A stretch of 64,000 nt of DNA, taken from NCBI GenBank assembly GCA_000092065.1, contig CP000585.1; one strand, written 5' to 3'. The notes under the pieces were generated by a model that was given only the letters and a program-made list of their open reading frames with translations, made no database searches and was not told the DNA's origin. Below, in pieces: positions 1-10,621 of the stretch (position 1 is its first letter; every line of letters begins with the position of its first letter). The DNA comes from Ostreococcus lucimarinus (taxonomy: Eukaryota). Made by a program: the position numbers and the translations under genes.

Positions 1-92
1 GCGTTCGAGCGACCCCTCGCCGCTGCCCTCGGCATCGCCACATCGAACGCACGCGACGCACGCGCGCAGCACGACGCACACGGCCGCTTTCG

Positions 93-908
93 ATGCCCTC
101 GACGTCCAAAAAGTCGATGAAGAGCGCCGCCGCCGCCGGCAAAGAGATGGAAAAAACCGGCGACGTCATCCCGCTCGCCTCGGTGTCGACGAAGAAGGGC
201 AAGGCGGGAGGTAAAAAGGAACTTCCTCGCGTGATTTACGTCGGCCACGTCCCGCACGGGTTCTACGAGGCGCAGATGAAGGAGTACTTTGGGCAATTCG
301 GCGAGGTCACTCGAGTCAAAGTGAGTAGGAACAAAAAAACGGGAAAGAGCAAGCACTACGCGTTCGTGGAGTTCAAGCACCCCGAGGTAGCGTCGATCGT
401 GGCGGAGAGCATGAATAATTATTTGCTCGCGAATCAAGTGCTGAAGATAACGCTGCTGGAGCCGGAGAAGGTGCACCCGAAGACGTTTGAGGGGACGGGG
501 ACAAAGTTCAAGACGGTGCCGTGGCAACGAAGAGCGGCGGCGAAGCACAATAAGGAGCGAACTGACGAGGAGAAGGTGAAACGCAATGTTGGTTTGGTGA
601 AGGCGGAAGAGAAGCGTCGAGCGAAGATCGCAGCCGCTGGGATTGACTATGATTTCCCGGGCTACAAGGCTATTTTGTCGACGGAGAAGCCGAAGGTGGT
701 GCCCAAGGAAGCCAAGGCGAAGGCGAAGACGCCGGCAAAGGAGAAAAAGACGCCTGCGAAAGCACAGGTGAAGGAGAAGAAGTCAAGCGAAGAAGAGCCC
801 GCGAAAGGGAAGAAGAAAGAGCCGACGCCCGTCGCGAAAAAGACTCGAGCGTCAGTGAAGCGCGCACAAGAAACACCCGCTAAGCCGGCAAAGAAGTCAA
901 AGAAATAG
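93..908 (+). CDS. RRM-domain nucleolar protein, NIFK/Nop15-like (MKI67 FHA-interacting nucleolar phosphoprotein family)
   Basis: ATG start. Single RRM with RNP2 'VIYVGHVP' and RNP1 'KHYAFVEF'. Lys-rich C-terminal tail typical of Nop15/NIFK. Confidence 0.75.
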   Translation: MPSTSKKSMKSAAAAGKEMEKTGDVIPLASVSTKKGKAGGKKELPRVIYVGHVPHGFYEAQMKEYFGQFGEVTRVKVSRNKKTGKSKHYAFVEFKHPEVASIVAESMNNYLLANQVLKITLLEPEKVHPKTFEGTGTKFKTVPWQRRAAAKHNKERTDEEKVKRNVGLVKAEEKRRAKIAAAGIDYDFPGYKAILSTEKPKVVPKEAKAKAKTPAKEKKTPAKAQVKEKKSSEEEPAKGKKKEPTPVAKKTRASVKRAQETPAKPAKKSKK

Positions 909-934
909 TCGTACAGTAGCTTTCTATCGAATAC

Positions 935-965
935 AGTGTTTTACAGTGTTTTACAGTGTTTTACA
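935..965. repeat. short tandem repeat (acagtgtttt) x3 in the 3' flank of the RRM gene
   Basis: Direct tandem copies are visible in the sequence immediately after the stop at 908. Confidence 0.8.
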
Positions 966-967
966 TT

Positions 968-3175
968 CTAATGTTCTCTCCATGTGGCGTCCTCCACCGG
1001 CGGAAGAACCGTTGATGTTGGCAGCAAGCAAGAGTCGAGCACAGAAGGCTGCCCGTTTTGCGCGCGGTCAATCGAAGCTTCTTCCGGAAACGACACCATT
1101 TGCGTGACTGTCGCGGCAGGACGCTGATACATTTGAATCATATCAATCGTTGGTGTCCCAGCTTTTATGGCGTCGCCCGAAACATCGTCACGGGTCGGGC
1201 TGTTCCTAGCCGCGGTGTCGACATCGTGCGTATCTGCTTGATCCTCGTAGAAGTGTTGCAACACGGTTTGGCTCGCGCTGAGCGCCTCAACGAGCGAGTC
1301 TCCGTCTCGTATATCGCTAACAAACGCCGGTTGAAACATCGATCCGCTCCCATGCGCTGGTTGACGCAAGATGGCGTTACCATTGCCACCTCGATGACGT
1401 ACGCCGGCTTTCTCGGGAGACGTCGACAGATCCTTCAGGCGAGTTGATCTTTTCAGAACACTCGCACTCAAGTCAGCAGATCGGCCGAGCGCACTCTCGT
1501 TGGCGTTAGTAAATCCATTGAGTGAGTTCAACATGTCGCGTCCGCTTGCGTCCGGTTCCCACGCAGGATAAGTCGCCTGAAACGTCAAGAAGCTCTTCTC
1601 CATTTTCCCTTGGCGGCTGCGCTGCTCCTTGCTCGCGTGACTTGGCGCGCCGTAGTGCTTATTCCCATGGCGATTGAAATCAAACGCACTCAAAGAGCAC
1701 ATGTCCCCGACCCCTGATTTGTTCACCGTGAACTGTCGGACGAACTGAATGATGTCGTCCGCAGAATCGCACAAGGGAAACCAAAGCACGAAGGGCGCCG
1801 CGAAGACGGATGCAATCTCTTCCAGAAACATCACAGCCTTGAGCGAAAAGAAAGAGTTGAACTCGTGTTGAACTTCTTCCTTGTGTGCGGCATCCCGCCA
1901 GTGCTTGGGCAAGTAATGAGTATGCGCGACAATCTTTGACATGATGACGTTGGGTTCGAACACGGCGTTTTCCGTCGCCATCAACGCCCGAGAGGACGCG
2001 AGAATGGTACCGAGAACCGCCGTAATCCAAAGTAAATCGCGATCGCCGACGTAAGCCTGCAACAATCGATCGTCCACGATCGCACAAAACAATGCGCATG
2101 CCGCGAACGCGCCGACGACGTATGACACAAACTTTGCCAAAATGTTTACCACCGGCGACGGAAACTGCGCGACGTACTTCTTCGCGTGCGGGTACGCTGC
2201 GGCTAATCTTTGCTGCGTAAAGTGCGGAAGCTCGTTGAACTCGCGCATGCGCCAGTATGCGTAAGAATTCCAGTCTCGCGCTCCGACCGCGGACGGGGTG
2301 TTGTAAAACTTTTCAGCGTACGACAACACAAAGTACATGGAGAGGAAAATCGCGACGAATGGCGAAAGAATGGCGTTGATGATGGCGAGGCATCGAAAAC
2401 GATGACGCAACGCAGAAACGTCGTAAAATGACGGCACAATCGTGAAGTTGTCATCGAACATGCCGTGGAAAACCGCTAGATCGATATTCCACTCGATGAC
2501 TTTCGTGAACCAGCGATGGTTTTGCAATCCTGGAGCGTCGAGCGAAAGCTTGAGCACGTCTCTGTTGACCATACCGGTGAGATAATTCTCCTTTCGCAAA
2601 ATCCGGGCGACGATGTCGTGCTCGTTCAAATCTCGCGCGATGCTCAACCTCGTCGTCGCTTGCAAATGTACCACGCGCTGTAGCACCTCTGGCCACGTGA
2701 TTGTGTACAAATCCCTATCGCTCAGCGCCAGCTTTTGGTTGCAAAATTTCCGCATCGTCGCCAACGGCGCGGCGTCGTGTGCCAACCGCGTCGCGCTCCA
2801 CACCCAATACGCCGAGAACAACAGCAAATACATCGTCACCACGGCGTTTCGCACGAAACCACCGTACTGATACGGCTCGCTAAACACCGCATCCCGCAAA
2901 ATATCGCACTGCTCCGCCTCGGACGCGCACTGGTTTCGCAAATAATCGTAATCCACGTACAGCAACAGCAACCCACTCAACCAAATCGTAAATCCGAGCG
3001 TGCACAAGTTCACCACCCTCGACGTCAGCGCGCATCGGTACCCTTTCGCGTTAAAGTACGCGTACAATCGCGCGAATTTCCCATCCAGGTCCTCGCCGAC
3101 GCCCGAAAACAGTCGCGCGTCGTCGCCGTCCCGCTCGCGCGCCTCGTCCTCGCGCCCGGCTTCCGCCTGCAGCAA
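968..3175 (-). CDS. ATG9: Autophagy-related protein 9 (ATG9) lipid scramblase; main 3' exon, 5' end unresolved
   Basis: Conserved ATG9 core ('FARLYAYFNAKGYRCALTSRVVNLCTLGFTIWLSGLLLLY...') with multi-TM topology. The ORF's leading codon is TTG, not ATG. An in-frame stop lies only 12 codons upstream and no ATG lies between. The initiator is probably in an upstream exon. Confidence 0.7.
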   Translation of the reverse strand: MLQAEAGREDEARERDGDDARLFSGVGEDLDGKFARLYAYFNAKGYRCALTSRVVNLCTLGFTIWLSGLLLLYVDYDYLRNQCASEAEQCDILRDAVFSEPYQYGGFVRNAVVTMYLLLFSAYWVWSATRLAHDAAPLATMRKFCNQKLALSDRDLYTITWPEVLQRVVHLQATTRLSIARDLNEHDIVARILRKENYLTGMVNRDVLKLSLDAPGLQNHRWFTKVIEWNIDLAVFHGMFDDNFTIVPSFYDVSALRHRFRCLAIINAILSPFVAIFLSMYFVLSYAEKFYNTPSAVGARDWNSYAYWRMREFNELPHFTQQRLAAAYPHAKKYVAQFPSPVVNILAKFVSYVVGAFAACALFCAIVDDRLLQAYVGDRDLLWITAVLGTILASSRALMATENAVFEPNVIMSKIVAHTHYLPKHWRDAAHKEEVQHEFNSFFSLKAVMFLEEIASVFAAPFVLWFPLCDSADDIIQFVRQFTVNKSGVGDMCSLSAFDFNRHGNKHYGAPSHASKEQRSRQGKMEKSFLTFQATYPAWEPDASGRDMLNSLNGFTNANESALGRSADLSASVLKRSTRLKDLSTSPEKAGVRHRGGNGNAILRQPAHGSGSMFQPAFVSDIRDGDSLVEALSASQTVLQHFYEDQADTHDVDTAARNSPTRDDVSGDAIKAGTPTIDMIQMYQRPAATVTQMVSFPEEASIDRAQNGQPSVLDSCLLPTSTVLPPVEDATWREH

Positions 3176-3670
3176 TCCCTCGTGTTCGTGCGCGCTGCGA
3201 CGATGCGTTTCCGTCAGTCATTCCGCTCGACGCGCGCCTCGCGCGTCGCGCGCCTCGCGCGCGTCGCGCGCGTCGTCGTCGTCGTCGTCGCTCGCGCATC
3301 GTGCGCGTCGTCGACCGCGCACCTCTCCAACGCGTCGTACGCCTCGTCCTCGTCCTCGTCCGCGTCCGCGCGCGACGCGAATCGCATCGCTCGTCCGCTC
3401 TTCGTCGCGCACCACCGCGCGGCGCGCGCGCGCGCGTGTGCGGTCGACGATTTCGTCGCAGGTGGCGACGGTGACAGTTTAAAAATCCGACGCCGCGACG
3501 CGACGCGACGACGACGCGAGAGACTCCGAGCGAGACGCGGCGCGCGTTCGAACGCTCGCGGCGCGATCGCGTCGAAAATAAGCGCGACGGCGCGCGCGAC
3601 GATGAAATGCGCGTGAATACGAATTGAAACGCGCGACGTTCGTCGGCGGCGCGCTCGGACGCGTCTCGCG

Positions 3671-4309
3671 TCATCCCGAAAGCAACGCGTGGACGCCGAA
3701 TAATAAAAACAAACATCCTCCGATCCCGGTGACGACGCGCTCGGCGTTGGCCGCGCGGTCGGCGAGTTGTCTACCACCGATCACGGCCACGCCCGTGCAC
3801 ACGGCGTGCCCGAGCGCTCCTCCCAGGGTGACGCCCGCGACGTCGCTCTGCGCCGCGAGTCCCACCGTCGCGATTTGCGACCTGTCGCCCCATTCCGCCA
3901 AAAAAGTCACCGCGAACGCCTCCGCGAACACCGCCCACGACGTCGTCGCCTTTTTCTTCGCGTTTCGCTGTCGTCCCGCGAGTTCGGCCTCGACTTCTTT
4001 CAACTCGTCGTCGTCGTCGTCGCCTCGCGCGCACGCGTCCCGAACGCCTCGCGCGCCGAATGCAAAAAACAACCCCGTCGCCGCCCGTTTCGTCACCACC
4101 GGCGACAGCGCTCTCGCCGACATCGTCCCCGCGCACGCGCTCAGCGCCGTCATCGCGAACAGCGCGCTCCACGCCCCCAGAAACACGTCGACGCGTCGTC
4201 GTTTCATCGCCATGAGCGCCGCGATGAAGAACGTCTTGTCGCCGATTTCGCTCAGCACGATCAGCCCGAACGCCTTCGACAGGCCCTCGACGAACGCCGT
4301 CGTCGTCAT
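3671..4309 (-). CDS. GDT1/TMEM165 (UPF0016) family Ca2+/Mn2+-H+ antiporter
   Basis: ATG start. Two internal repeats each carrying the E-x-G-D-(K/R)-(T/S) signature ('EIGDKT' and 'EWGDRS'), separated by an acidic loop. Hydrophobic helices throughout. Confidence 0.8.
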   Translation of the reverse strand: MTTTAFVEGLSKAFGLIVLSEIGDKTFFIAALMAMKRRRVDVFLGAWSALFAMTALSACAGTMSARALSPVVTKRAATGLFFAFGARGVRDACARGDDDDDELKEVEAELAGRQRNAKKKATTSWAVFAEAFAVTFLAEWGDRSQIATVGLAAQSDVAGVTLGGALGHAVCTGVAVIGGRQLADRAANAERVVTGIGGCLFLLFGVHALLSG

Positions 4310-4413
4310 CGTCGCCGTCGCCGTTCGCCGTCGCCGTTCGCCGTTCGCGCGCGTCGTCGAGTGCCGTCGCGTCCGTCGTCGTTCGACCCCGCGTCACGCC
4401 GCGACGCCCGCGC

Positions 4414-5913
4414 ATGCGCCGTCGCGACGCCGCGCGTCGTCTCGCGCGCCTCGCGTCGTCCAACGCGCCGTCCTTCGTCGCGTGTCCCGCCGCGATGCGT
4501 CGTTGGCTCGTCGTCGACGGCGTCGCGGACGCGTTCGCGCTCGCGCGACCGAGCGCGGGGGCGGAGGCGCGCGCGCCGCGCGCGACGCTGTGGACGGAGC
4601 AGGACGAGGAGCCGCTGCCGAATCGCGCGGCGACGGTGCGAGAGGCGTTTCCCGCGCGCGGCGGGCGAGAGGGAGGGGTCGAGCGCGCGTTTCGAGGCGC
4701 GACGGAGGCGGAGCGCGCGCGAGGCGTCGACGTGGTGCTGGCGCGCGAGAACGCGAGGGAGAAACCGTTGGTCGTGGACGCGTACGCGCGCGAGAGCGCG
4801 AGAGAAACGTTTAGGCTGACGGATGCGGGCGTGGACGCGATCGCGTGGTTCGCGGCGCGCGGCGCGCGCGTGGGGGTGGAGACGGACGACGGGAACGGGT
4901 TGAGACGCGTCGAGCCGAGCGACGGATTGTTCGGAGGCGCGGAGACGTCGATCGAGGCGGGAAGGAGAGCGACGCATGGAGGGCAGAGCGCGAATGAGTG
5001 CTTGATGATCGTGCCGAGCGCGTTCGGGACGAACGCGCAGGCGGCGCGCGATAATCACTTTATGGCGTCGACGAGCGACGGATTGAGCGTTTTGGAGATT
5101 CGCGAACGCGCGGTGGCGGAGCATAAGGCGCTGTATCGAGGTTTACGAGCGCTCGGGATCGAGATTAATTTGTTCACGCACGACGAGAAGCACGCCACGC
5201 CGGACGCGTGTTTTCCGAACAATTGGCACACGCTTCGCGATGGAAAGTTGAAACTCTTTCCGATGAAGGACGAAAACCGCCGACTCGAGCGTCGGGAGGA
5301 TATCATCGAATTCTTGAAGCACAAGCACCCGAATTTGGTCGTGGACGACTCGCTGTTGCGATACGAGCGTCAAGACCCTCCAAAGTTTCTCGAAGGCACG
5401 GGATCGCTCGTGGTCGACCACGAAGAACGCGTCGCGTACGTCGCGCTTTCCGAACGCGCGCACGAGGAAGTCGTCGCCGAGCACTGCGCCGCCGAAAATC
5501 TCACGCCGATTACGTTTAAAGCCCTCGACGCTCGAGGTCGACCGATCTACCACACCAACGTCATGATGAGCGTGTGTTCTTCCGTCGCCATCGTCTGCGC
5601 CGACTCCATCGCCGATCCCGCCGATCGTCGACGCGTCCTCGACGCGCTCGCCGCGGGCGGCCGCCGTGAAATCATCACCATCACCCACGCCCAAGTCGAC
5701 GCCTTTTGCGGCAACGTCCTCGAGCTGCGCACCGCTTCCGGCGAGCCCGCCCTCGCGTGTTCCGCCCGCGCTTTCGCCGCCTTCGACGACGCGCAGCGCG
5801 CGCGACTCCGCGCCGCCTTCGACGACCGCGTCGTCGCCGTCGATTTCTCAACCATCGAGCGCGTCGGCGGCGGCGGCGTGCGCTGCGCCGTCGCCGAGCA
5901 CTTCGTTCCCTGA
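4414..5913 (+). CDS. Amidinotransferase-superfamily hydrolase (arginine deiminase / DDAH / CtlX-like) with N-terminal extension
   Basis: C-terminal ~300 aa carry 'FPNNWHT', 'HTNVMMSV' and a terminal 'GGGGVRCAVAE' catalytic-Cys motif, typical of the GME/amidinotransferase fold. First ATG at 4414. An alternative internal ATG at 5005 ('MIVPSAFGT') would give the canonical domain alone. Confidence 0.6.
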   Translation: MRRRDAARRLARLASSNAPSFVACPAAMRRWLVVDGVADAFALARPSAGAEARAPRATLWTEQDEEPLPNRAATVREAFPARGGREGGVERAFRGATEAERARGVDVVLARENAREKPLVVDAYARESARETFRLTDAGVDAIAWFAARGARVGVETDDGNGLRRVEPSDGLFGGAETSIEAGRRATHGGQSANECLMIVPSAFGTNAQAARDNHFMASTSDGLSVLEIRERAVAEHKALYRGLRALGIEINLFTHDEKHATPDACFPNNWHTLRDGKLKLFPMKDENRRLERREDIIEFLKHKHPNLVVDDSLLRYERQDPPKFLEGTGSLVVDHEERVAYVALSERAHEEVVAEHCAAENLTPITFKALDARGRPIYHTNVMMSVCSSVAIVCADSIADPADRRRVLDALAAGGRREIITITHAQVDAFCGNVLELRTASGEPALACSARAFAAFDDAQRARLRAAFDDRVVAVDFSTIERVGGGGVRCAVAEHFVP

Positions 5914-6184
5914 TCGTCCCGACGCGCGCGCCGCACCCGCGCGCGCGACGACGCGCGTTCGCGCCCATCCGTCCGACCGACCGCCTCTGTAACGACCGAC
6001 CGCCTCTGTAACGAAACCCGTTTTCGAATGCCAATGCGACATTCTCCGACGCGATCGCGCCGACGCGACGCGCCGACGCGACGCGCCGACGCACGCGCGC
6101 GACGCGCGCGAACGAACGCCGACGCGTCTCGGCGAATCGATCGCGTTCGCGATCGCGCGCGAATCCACCTAAAGTCGACGCGCC

Positions 6185-7645
6185 ATGTCGCTGCGCAAAA
6201 TCGAAGCCTCGATCCCGAACAGTCATCGGCAGCTCGTCCTCGACGCGCTGACGCACGAGGGAGGGATCGGACACGAAACGCACGTCGGGGAGTACATCGT
6301 GTGCAAAGAGTGCGAAAATTGCGTCGTCGTCATGGTGGTGTGCGTGGCGGCGCGCGCGGGCGAATTGATGAACGTGCTGACGAATTGCGGCGTCGGCGTG
6401 GTGTTCGGCACGGTGACGTCGATTCAGGTGGCGAGTCATCGACCGAATCCGGCGGCGTTGGTGCAAGAGTTTCGCGATTTGAAGACGAAGGTCGAGGCGC
6501 AGGCGGAGGGGGCGCTGGCGAAGGATCGACAGTTCGCGAGACGGTGGAAGCGGCGGCGGGACCGGTTGGAGAAACGGAAAATTGAGTACATCTCGGCGGA
6601 TACGGGGAAGAGTGTTGAGGAGCTTTTCAACGAAATCGTCGATCAATCGTGCGATGGACGAGGGTTTTATGTGTCGGTCATGTGCGCGAGCGTGATCGCG
6701 GGCGTTGGTTTGTTGACGAATTCCGCCGTCGTCGTCTTGAGCGCCATGCTCATCTCGCCGCTCATGGGGCCGATTTTGAGTTCTGCGTTTGGGCTCGCGA
6801 TCGGGGATCCGGTGCTGTTTTGGGGCTCGATTGCCGCTGAGTGTCGCGCGGCGGTCGTGACTTTCCTCATGGGCGCGGTTGTGGGCGTCGTCTACGGACC
6901 TTTCGCCGTGGCGTACGGCGAAAATCCAATCCCGACGACGGAGATGGCTGGTCGCGGACAGACGAACGGTCTCGTCGGAGGCTGCTTAATCGCTGTCGCC
7001 TCGGGCGTCGTCGTCGCGAACGCCATCTCGAGTAGTGGTGTCAACTCACTCGTCGGTGTCGCCATCAGTGCATCACTTTTGCCGCCAATCGTCAACTCTG
7101 GCGTCATGATCGTCTTCGCGTTGGGCATCGCCAAGGGATGCGACAACGCCGCCGACCTCATGTGCACCTTCTCCAAGAAAGAGTTCTTGACCAAGGCGGG
7201 AGTCTCCTTCGCACTCTACGCCATAAACGTCGCCGTCATCATCGTCGTCGCCGGTGGCATCTTTTACAACCAAAAGATTGGTAAATTCCGAGGCTTCCTC
7301 GTCGCCACCGAGACGCACGAGCTCCTCGACACCGCGAACGCCCACGTGCGCAAAAAGTTACAAGTCGCCACCGGCATCAAGGGCGCCGTCACCGACTGCA
7401 CCTTTGACAAACTCATCGACGAGGCCAGTAAAACGCAAGCCGTTCGCAAAGTCGACGTCGAGAACGCGCCCGAGGACTCGCGTCTCAAGCACATCTTGTC
7501 CGAGCACGTCCACCAGTCGCACTACAGCGTCCTCCGCCCCTTCGACGAGCCCAAGGGCGTGAAGCGCGCCGCGTTCGCGCTTCACGAGCAAAACGCCAAG
7601 ATTTTCGACTGGGTCAAGGACGTGCACGATCTCCTCAAGCGTTAG
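6185..7645 (+). CDS. DUF389-family integral membrane protein
   Basis: ATG start. Long hydrophobic core with 'AMLISPLMGPILSSAFGLAIGD' and Gly/Ala-rich TM helices characteristic of DUF389/TIGR00341. Soluble N- and C-terminal domains. Confidence 0.6.
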   Translation: MSLRKIEASIPNSHRQLVLDALTHEGGIGHETHVGEYIVCKECENCVVVMVVCVAARAGELMNVLTNCGVGVVFGTVTSIQVASHRPNPAALVQEFRDLKTKVEAQAEGALAKDRQFARRWKRRRDRLEKRKIEYISADTGKSVEELFNEIVDQSCDGRGFYVSVMCASVIAGVGLLTNSAVVVLSAMLISPLMGPILSSAFGLAIGDPVLFWGSIAAECRAAVVTFLMGAVVGVVYGPFAVAYGENPIPTTEMAGRGQTNGLVGGCLIAVASGVVVANAISSSGVNSLVGVAISASLLPPIVNSGVMIVFALGIAKGCDNAADLMCTFSKKEFLTKAGVSFALYAINVAVIIVVAGGIFYNQKIGKFRGFLVATETHELLDTANAHVRKKLQVATGIKGAVTDCTFDKLIDEASKTQAVRKVDVENAPEDSRLKHILSEHVHQSHYSVLRPFDEPKGVKRAAFALHEQNAKIFDWVKDVHDLLKR

Positions 7646-7863
7646 TCACCGTCGGCGTCCGTCGGCGCATGTATTTAACTCCATCCAACGTCTCGTCGCG
7701 CCGCCGCCGTCGCCGCCGCCGCCGTCGGTCGACACACCCGCGTGTCGCTTCGTTTTCCAGGGGGGCCCATGCGCGGATTATCCATTCGCGATGACTCATC
7801 CGCACACGCACGCGCGACGCGCGACGCGGACCGCACTCGCGACGCTCGGCGCACCGAAGTCCG

Positions 7864-9438
7864 ATGATGACGCACGCGATGCCGACGCGCGCGGCGATGC
7901 CGACGCGCGCGGCGACGACGCGACGCGAAAGATGCGATGACGGCGTCGCGATGACGACGACGACGACGACGCGCCGACGCGCGGTGACGCGACGCGCGGC
8001 GACGCGAACGACGACGCGGACGCGAACGGTGATGCGCGCGGTGATACCGCGACCGGGCGCGAGCGTGGCGGAGGGACTGGAGATACCGTCGTACGAACAC
8101 GTGCGAGAGGCGTACGAAAAGGTGAGCGGAGGGGTGGTGCGCTCGCGGTGCACGCACTCGAAGACGCTGAGCGCGCTGACGGGGATGGAGATTTACTTGA
8201 AACACGAGTGGGAACAAGCGACGGGGTCGTTTAAGGAGCGAGGGGCGCGGAACGCGCTGATGGCGCTCGACGCGGAGCAAAGAAAGCGAGGCGTCATCGC
8301 GGCGAGCGCGGGCAACCACGCGCTGGCGCTCGCGTATCACGGAAGAGAACTCGGGATTCCGGTGACGGTGATCATGCCGTCGATCGCGCCGCTGACGAAG
8401 ATTACGAAGTGCCAAAAGTTGGACGCGCGCGTGATTTTGGAAGGGGACACGATCGCGGACGCGGCGGCGTATGCGAAAGAGAACTACGTCGTGAAGGGCG
8501 AAATGCTCAAGTACATCAACGGTTTCGACGACTTTGAAATCATCTCCGGCGCCGGTTCGGTCGGTATCGAGATGCTCGAAGACGTTCGCGACGCGGACGC
8601 CGTGGTGATTCCCGTCGGCGGTGGTGGCTTGATTGCCGGTATCGCGCTCGCCGTGAAGCACCTCAAGCCGGGGTGCCAAGTCATCGGCGTCGAGCCCGAG
8701 CGCTGCGCCTCCATGACGCTCGCGCTCGAAGCGGGTGAACCCGTCAAGGCGCCGACGACGGCGACGCTCGCTGATGGTCTCGCCGTTCCTACCGTGGGTC
8801 CGCGCTCGTTCCAAACCGTTAAAAACTTGATTGACGATATCGTACTCGTCAGCGAGTCAGACATCGCCGTCGCCATGTTGAGACTTCTCGAAAACGAAAA
8901 GCTCGTGCAAGAGGGCGCTGGGATTTCCGGTTTGGCCGCACTCTTGACCGATAAGCTCCCCGGTCTCAAGGGCAAGAAAGTAGTGGTCGCCATGTGCGGT
9001 GGTAACATCGATACGAGCACGCTCGGTAAAGTGCTCGAGCGCGGCTTGGTCTCGGACGGGCGACTCGTGCGCTTCGCGTGCGTCGTTCCCGACAGACCGG
9101 GTGGTATCGCTGGCGTGTGCAACAAGATAGCCGACGTGGGTGCTTCGATCAAGCACATCGTTCACGAGCGCGCTTGGTTAGACCAAGACTCTCACTGCGT
9201 CCTCGTCGATGTCGAATGCGAAGTGACCGACAGTAGCATGGGCGAGGAGCTCTACGACGCCATCAGCTCGGCGTACGTCCTGCGTACCGCTAACTTTGGA
9301 CCGGCGAACCGCCCGAAGGTCCCCGCGCGAACGCCCGCACGTCGAGACGACGTCGACGCAAATGATCTGAAGAATCCTGTGACGTCGTGCGATTTGTTCG
9401 ACGAAGACTGCACGTCCATTTACCCCGAAGACGAGTAA
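7864..9438 (+). CDS. Threonine dehydratase (threonine ammonia-lyase), PLP-dependent, with C-terminal regulatory ACT-like domain
   Basis: PLP-lysine motif 'TGSFKERGARNA', glycine loop 'IPVGGGGLIAGIA', C-terminal regulatory domain. The Arg/Thr/Ala-rich N-terminus looks like an organellar transit peptide. Confidence 0.85.
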   Translation: MMTHAMPTRAAMPTRAATTRRERCDDGVAMTTTTTTRRRAVTRRAATRTTTRTRTVMRAVIPRPGASVAEGLEIPSYEHVREAYEKVSGGVVRSRCTHSKTLSALTGMEIYLKHEWEQATGSFKERGARNALMALDAEQRKRGVIAASAGNHALALAYHGRELGIPVTVIMPSIAPLTKITKCQKLDARVILEGDTIADAAAYAKENYVVKGEMLKYINGFDDFEIISGAGSVGIEMLEDVRDADAVVIPVGGGGLIAGIALAVKHLKPGCQVIGVEPERCASMTLALEAGEPVKAPTTATLADGLAVPTVGPRSFQTVKNLIDDIVLVSESDIAVAMLRLLENEKLVQEGAGISGLAALLTDKLPGLKGKKVVVAMCGGNIDTSTLGKVLERGLVSDGRLVRFACVVPDRPGGIAGVCNKIADVGASIKHIVHERAWLDQDSHCVLVDVECEVTDSSMGEELYDAISSAYVLRTANFGPANRPKVPARTPARRDDVDANDLKNPVTSCDLFDEDCTSIYPEDE

Positions 9439-9535
9439 CTCCGGTTACGCCGTCGCAGCATCGCATGCATCGCGCTGTATCTGTACATAATGCAATATCA
9501 TGACAACCTCTAATGAATCACTATTCCCTAATCCG

Positions 9536-10348
9536 CTATAGCTTAACTACGTATACATCTTTTGTGTGCGCTCCGATCAATTCCGCAACCGTTTCGCGCG
9601 CTTCAGCGGTGAGAGCGCTACTCAGCGCTGCTTTTTTGCCGCCGGGGAGGATGTACTCGATGAAGACGCTGATGAACGTTTTTGCCCCCTCTAGCAACTC
9701 ACTCGAGCTCGCGTCGGACGTGTACATCGCGCATACCGTCGACACGCCGTTACGTCTCATGAAGTCGCGCTGAGAATTCTGATCATCAGCGACGACGACG
9801 AGCAATAACTCGAGAATTTCCACTTTGTTCTTCTGATCCTCTGTCTCGTCGAGTAAACGCGCCAACAGCGATTCCATTTTCTCCCCGACAAACTTCTCGC
9901 GCATCTTCGAGATGAATAGACAAAGCCCTCGCAAAACGCGTAAGCATAAACACGACTCGCCCGCGTCACGTTGGGTCGTCGCGTTCACGAATAACGCGTC
10001 CATAACGTCCCATTTGCCATGTTCGAGGAGCTCTTGGAGAACGTCACGCAGCTGTTCGCTTCTTTCGTGATGAAGCATATCCTCCAAGTGACCCAGCCAA
10101 TCTTTGTAAGCACTCAACCTCAAGTTCGCGGATTTTTCGTGCAAGTCGTGCCGCAAACGTTCGATCGCAAGCCGCCAATCTACGGACACATGCTCGTGCT
10201 CCAACACGCCCACGAGCGCTCGCCATTCTGGCTCCCATTCGGCAGTGTTGAAATGTCGCCAAAACGGCTCGCATTGACCGCCGATACGAACCTTCGAGCG
10301 TCCTGATGTTGATTCAGTGACCATGCTGCGATCACGCGAGTTATGCAT
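9536..10348 (-). CDS. Hypothetical helical (ARM/HEAT-like) protein
   Basis: Continuous 270-aa ORF with ATG start and non-low-complexity composition. Convergent with the threonine dehydratase gene. No family recognised by eye. Confidence 0.45.
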   Translation of the reverse strand: MHNSRDRSMVTESTSGRSKVRIGGQCEPFWRHFNTAEWEPEWRALVGVLEHEHVSVDWRLAIERLRHDLHEKSANLRLSAYKDWLGHLEDMLHHERSEQLRDVLQELLEHGKWDVMDALFVNATTQRDAGESCLCLRVLRGLCLFISKMREKFVGEKMESLLARLLDETEDQKNKVEILELLLVVVADDQNSQRDFMRRNGVSTVCAMYTSDASSSELLEGAKTFISVFIEYILPGGKKAALSSALTAEARETVAELIGAHTKDVYVVKL

Positions 10349-10621
10349 CGGTCAGTCGACCCTCGAGGAGCGCTTCGCTTCGCTTTCCATCGTTAGCTTC
10401 GTTCCGTCGTCGGTTCAGCTGCACTTGCTTTGATCATTCACTTATCCAACGCATCCACCTCTTGCACGCGCGCACACGCCACCGATTATTTGCGCGCGTT
10501 TGACATCACTATGAGCGTCACAAGGGACACCGACGGATTTCTACACCGTCGACGCGTATCTGACGGACGCTCGAGTCGGTTGTTCGCGAGCGCGTTGTCG
10601 CGCGGCGCCTTTGCCCATCCC

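Noticed and set aside
1945-1960. 'gggttcgaac' B-box-like motif as a possible tRNA gene
   Set aside because: It lies inside the ATG9 coding region and has no matching A-box or cloverleaf context. No convincing tRNA could be folded by eye anywhere in the intergenic spacers.
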